9,478 nucleotides of DNA from Candidatus Auribacterota bacterium (GTDB lineage Bacteria; Auribacterota; UBA6266), in NCBI GenBank assembly GCA_023136205.1, contig JAGLRQ010000103.1, forward strand, positions 1-9,478, in the 5' to 3' direction. This document shows positions 6,564 to 9,478 of this stretch, piece by piece (position 1 is the first letter of the stretch; every line of letters begins with the position of its first letter). The notes below the pieces were generated by a model that did not search any database, had not been told where the DNA came from, and saw only the letters and a list, made by a program, of their open reading frames with translations. The translations under genes and the position numbers were made by a program.

Positions 6564-9478
6564 CAGCCTTCTTTTTCGGCTAGGGGAATAATTAGTCTTG
6601 ATGGTATCTGGCAATTAGAAGCTTCAGATAAACGGCCGGAAACCTGGCAGCATTCTGTTCTTGTTCCCGGCCTGGTAGATATTGCTGAACCTCCAGTTAA
6701 TTGGGAAACTCAAAAATGTTTCTGGTACAAAAAAACATTTACGTTAACTCCTTCTCAAACCCGCGGTCACGCGTTTTTAAAGATAGGCCAGTCCAAATAC
6801 GGTACGGAGGTATGGCTTAACGAAAAATATATGGGAAGTTACATAGGCTGTTACACTTCTCATAAATATAATGCCACAAAAGCTATAAACTATAACGGTG
6901 AAAATACCCTTATAGTAAAAGTTGGTTTAAAAAAGGACTTACCGAAGATTGGCGCTGTAGGCGGCGATCACGAAAAAAAATCGTATATCCCTGGAATCTG
7001 GGGAGATGTCTCTTTGATTCTTACCCAGAATCCAATTATAGAAAGGGTTCAGATAATTCCTCATATTGATAACAATACCGCCGAAGCAAGAATAACTTTA
7101 AAAAACCTGGAAAAAACAAATCAAAATATTGTCCTTTCTTCAAAGATAATTGAAAAGATATCAGATTTGCCTGCCTCAGATAGTGTTAATACCAACTGCA
7201 GTTTAACTGCTTTAGAAGAAAAGACCTTTACCATAAACCTGCCTATATCAAACATGGAATTATGGTCACCGGAGTATCCTTTTCTTTATAATCTGGTTTC
7301 CAGAGTTAAGTCAGGCAATAAAGAAATTGATACAGAAACTACAACCTTTGGAATGAGGGAATTTAAGATAGTCGGCTCTGACTTTTATCTAAACGGCAAA
7401 CGTATCTTTTTGAAAGGAAGTAACATTGCCTTCCATCGTTTTTTATCTGATCCGGACAGAAAAAGCCTCCCATGGGATGAAAAATGGATTAAGAAAGTGT
7501 TGATAGATATTCCTAAAGAACATAATTTTAATTTTTTCCGCAACCATTTAGGGCAGATGTACAATAAGTGGTATGATATCGCGGATGAATACGGAATGCT
7601 GATTCAAAACGAATGGTTATTCTGGGTTATTACAGGTACAGAAAAACAGATAAGAAAAGAATTTACTCAATGGCTTTATGATAACTGGAATCATCCCAGT
7701 ATTATTATCTGGGATGCTCTAAATGAGTCCCATACAGACCCACGAAGTGATAAAGTTACGCAAGTAATTATACCAGAGATGAAAGCCTTGGATCCAACTC
7801 GGCCATGGGAAGGTGTGGATTTCTTTGAAGATCACCCATATATTTACTCTCTTGGAATGGTTCTAAATGATCAGGAGTTTGGATTTTCACGTTCTATCGA
7901 TGATTTAAAAAATAGTTCTACCCCAACTTTATTAAATGAATTTATATGGTTCTGGTTAGACAAGAATGGACAACCTACTTCTCTTCTGAGAGAAGTTCTT
8001 CCGCGCTGGCTTGGAAAAAACAGTAATTCTCAACAACGTTTTGCCCATCAGGCGCAACTTGCTTCAGACCTGTGTGAATTATGGAGAAGGTTGGATATAG
8101 ATGGTATTGCCCCCTTTGTCTATTTAAGCAGCGAAGGTGGTTGTACTTCCAACTGGTTTACCGGTGATATTGCCGACCCGGGGATAAAACCTATTATGTC
8201 AGCTTTAAAAAATGCTTTTGCTCCTTTTGGTATAAGCATTGAGCTGTGGGACAGGCATTTTTTTCCGGAAGAAAAAAGATCAATAAATGTTTATATTTTT
8301 AATGACACTTATCAAAACAAATCCGGGGTATTGAATTGTAGGATAACAAATAAGGATGGTTCCCGCGAGTTTTTTGAAAAGAGCATGAATCTGACTGTTC
8401 CCGGTAATGGTAAACGTATTGAGAATGTGGCCTGGACGATGCCTTCTGGAGCGGGCGCTTACTATATTAGAGCGGAACTGATAGAGGATTCAAAAGTAGT
8501 GGCAGTAAGCAAAAAGATAGCTCATATTTACAAGCCGGTTGTCCCTGATAATTTATTCTCAGCCAAAATTATGGTTTATGACCCTGATGATGAGATATTA
8601 AATTATCTTACCTCAGCAGGCTTGAAGAATGTTAGTAATTATAACAGCAGCCGGTTATCCGGACAGGACATTTTAATTTTGGGAGAAGGAACACTATTAG
8701 ATGATAATTATAATTCCCGGATGGAAGAGATTAGCGATTTTGTTAAAGAAGGGCATAGCCTGATAGTTGTTGAGCCCAGTTATGGTATTACTAATTATAA
8801 AAGAGCTGAATATTCTCTATTTTCTGATTTATCAATGGCAATGAATAAACGTAAGGATGAATGGGTAGGTGGCTATGATTCTTATTGTTTTTCAGAAAAT
8901 CCGAGTTTCCCTCTATGGAATAATATTGATGTTGAACACTTGAAAATGTTTAATGGCGGTTTAGGCGGTGAAATGATTTCGCAATGTAATGTTGAAATTG
9001 GCTCTAAAAAATTAATTTTAGCAAAAAGCGGGCTTAGGCTTCAAAATCCCAATATAATGGAAGCTATTTGGGGAGATGGTGTGATTGTTGTTTCGAGAAT
9101 TCAGGTAAGGGGCAGGTTGACTGAGGTGTCTGACCCAGGTATTGATTTGTATTCAAGAAGAGAAGATCCTGTAGCACAGCAATATTTGTTGAATCTACTT
9201 TCCAATTACTTGGATATGGCCGGTAACTGGCAAAGAATGCATGAAATTTTAAGAAAATTACCTGAAAATGCTGTTGCTTCCTCAATACAGGGTGAAGGGT
9301 TTGAGGCAGGTAAAGCTATTGATGGTGATGTTGAAGCACGTTGGGCATCTAAGCAAGGTGATCCCCAGTGGGTTTACATTGAATTCGCAGAACCGAAGAC
9401 ATTTAGTATTGTCAGACTGAACTGGGAAAATGCATTTGCCAGGCAATATGAAATACAAATCTCAAATGATGCTCAACA
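6471..9478 (+). CDS. Paralogous secreted GH2-like glycosidase lacking the CBM-like repeats (3' end lies outside the window)
   Basis: Frame 3 is open from ATG 6471 (in-frame TGA at 6468..6470) to the window end; I translated it by hand and found no stops. It is absent from the ORF track because it has no stop in the window. An alternative start is GTG 6483, preceded by GAGGG at 6473..6477, giving MKKIYL... as in gene 2. It is collinear with gene 2 aa ~384 onward: FWYKKTFTL, GIWGDVSLILTQNP, LWSPEYPFLY, FGMREFKIVGSDFYLNGKRIFLKGSN, NHPSIIIWDALNES (Glu419, nt 7725..7727), PTLLNEFIWFW (Glu490, nt 7938..7940). Confidence 0.9.
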   Translation, partial: MRENVKKIYLTTLLLASILVSLSFFLAQAIAQPSFSARGIISLDGIWQLEASDKRPETWQHSVLVPGLVDIAEPPVNWETQKCFWYKKTFTLTPSQTRGHAFLKIGQSKYGTEVWLNEKYMGSYIGCYTSHKYNATKAINYNGENTLIVKVGLKKDLPKIGAVGGDHEKKSYIPGIWGDVSLILTQNPIIERVQIIPHIDNNTAEARITLKNLEKTNQNIVLSSKIIEKISDLPASDSVNTNCSLTALEEKTFTINLPISNMELWSPEYPFLYNLVSRVKSGNKEIDTETTTFGMREFKIVGSDFYLNGKRIFLKGSNIAFHRFLSDPDRKSLPWDEKWIKKVLIDIPKEHNFNFFRNHLGQMYNKWYDIADEYGMLIQNEWLFWVITGTEKQIRKEFTQWLYDNWNHPSIIIWDALNESHTDPRSDKVTQVIIPEMKALDPTRPWEGVDFFEDHPYIYSLGMVLNDQEFGFSRSIDDLKNSSTPTLLNEFIWFWLDKNGQPTSLLREVLPRWLGKNSNSQQRFAHQAQLASDLCELWRRLDIDGIAPFVYLSSEGGCTSNWFTGDIADPGIKPIMSALKNAFAPFGISIELWDRHFFPEEKRSINVYIFNDTYQNKSGVLNCRITNKDGSREFFEKSMNLTVPGNGKRIENVAWTMPSGAGAYYIRAELIEDSKVVAVSKKIAHIYKPVVPDNLFSAKIMVYDPDDEILNYLTSAGLKNVSNYNSSRLSGQDILILGEGTLLDDNYNSRMEEISDFVKEGHSLIVVEPSYGITNYKRAEYSLFSDLSMAMNKRKDEWVGGYDSYCFSENPSFPLWNNIDVEHLKMFNGGLGGEMISQCNVEIGSKKLILAKSGLRLQNPNIMEAIWGDGVIVVSRIQVRGRLTEVSDPGIDLYSRREDPVAQQYLLNLLSNYLDMAGNWQRMHEILRKLPENAVASSIQGEGFEAGKAIDGDVEARWASKQGDPQWVYIEFAEPKTFSIVRLNWENAFARQYEIQISNDAQ
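9267..9478 (+). other. F5/8 type C (discoidin/CBM32-like) domain, N-terminal part only
   Basis: NAVASSIQGEGFEAGKAIDGDVEARWASKQGDPQWVYIEFAEPKTFSIVRLNWENAFARQYEIQISNDAQ matches the same PF00754-type motif string as the two copies in gene 2. It is cut by the window end. Confidence 0.7.

Noticed and set aside
9064-9285. Minus-strand 73-aa ORF
   Set aside because: It lies antisense within the gene 3 reading frame, which is continuous and homologous to gene 2 across this span. The ORF has no independent support.
1-9478. Mobile elements, CRISPR arrays, tRNA/rRNA genes, toxin-antitoxin or defence-system genes
   Set aside because: No regularly spaced direct repeats, no terminal inverted repeats flanking a transposase-like ORF and no cloverleaf-compatible segments were noticed. 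Essentially all coding capacity is taken by the three glycan-related genes.

Overview
All three coding regions are on the + strand. They read as one cell-surface glycan-processing locus from an AT-rich bacterium that uses PEP-CTERM sorting. (1) 1..279 is the 3' end of a gene that runs off the left edge. It encodes the last strands of a CBM-like jelly-roll module followed by a textbook PEP-CTERM anchor. (2) 467..6178 encodes a 1903-aa secreted multimodular enzyme. Its order is: signal peptide, two tandem copies of a ~170-180 aa CBM4_9-like module, a glycoside hydrolase family 2 (GH2)-like core, and a C-terminal alpha/beta-looking module. That module is interrupted by a third CBM-like copy and by an F5/8 type C (discoidin/CBM32-like) domain. 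After it come a second F5/8 type C domain, a small beta-sandwich and a dockerin-like double Ca-loop tail. (3) 6471..>9478 is missing from the ORF track because it runs off the right edge. It is a simpler paralogue with a signal peptide, the same GH2-like core, the same C-terminal module uninterrupted, and the start of an F5/8 type C domain. I saw no tRNA, rRNA, CRISPR array, transposase or integrase. The short minus-strand ORFs look like antisense shadows. The points most worth a second look are the recurring, possibly undescribed CBM-like module shared by genes 1 and 2, the nested domain insertions in gene 2 relative to gene 3, a dockerin sitting beside a PEP-CTERM protein, patches of near-identical nucleotide sequence between the paralogues, and structured intergenic palindromes. 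All domain calls come from motif recognition by eye; no search was run.
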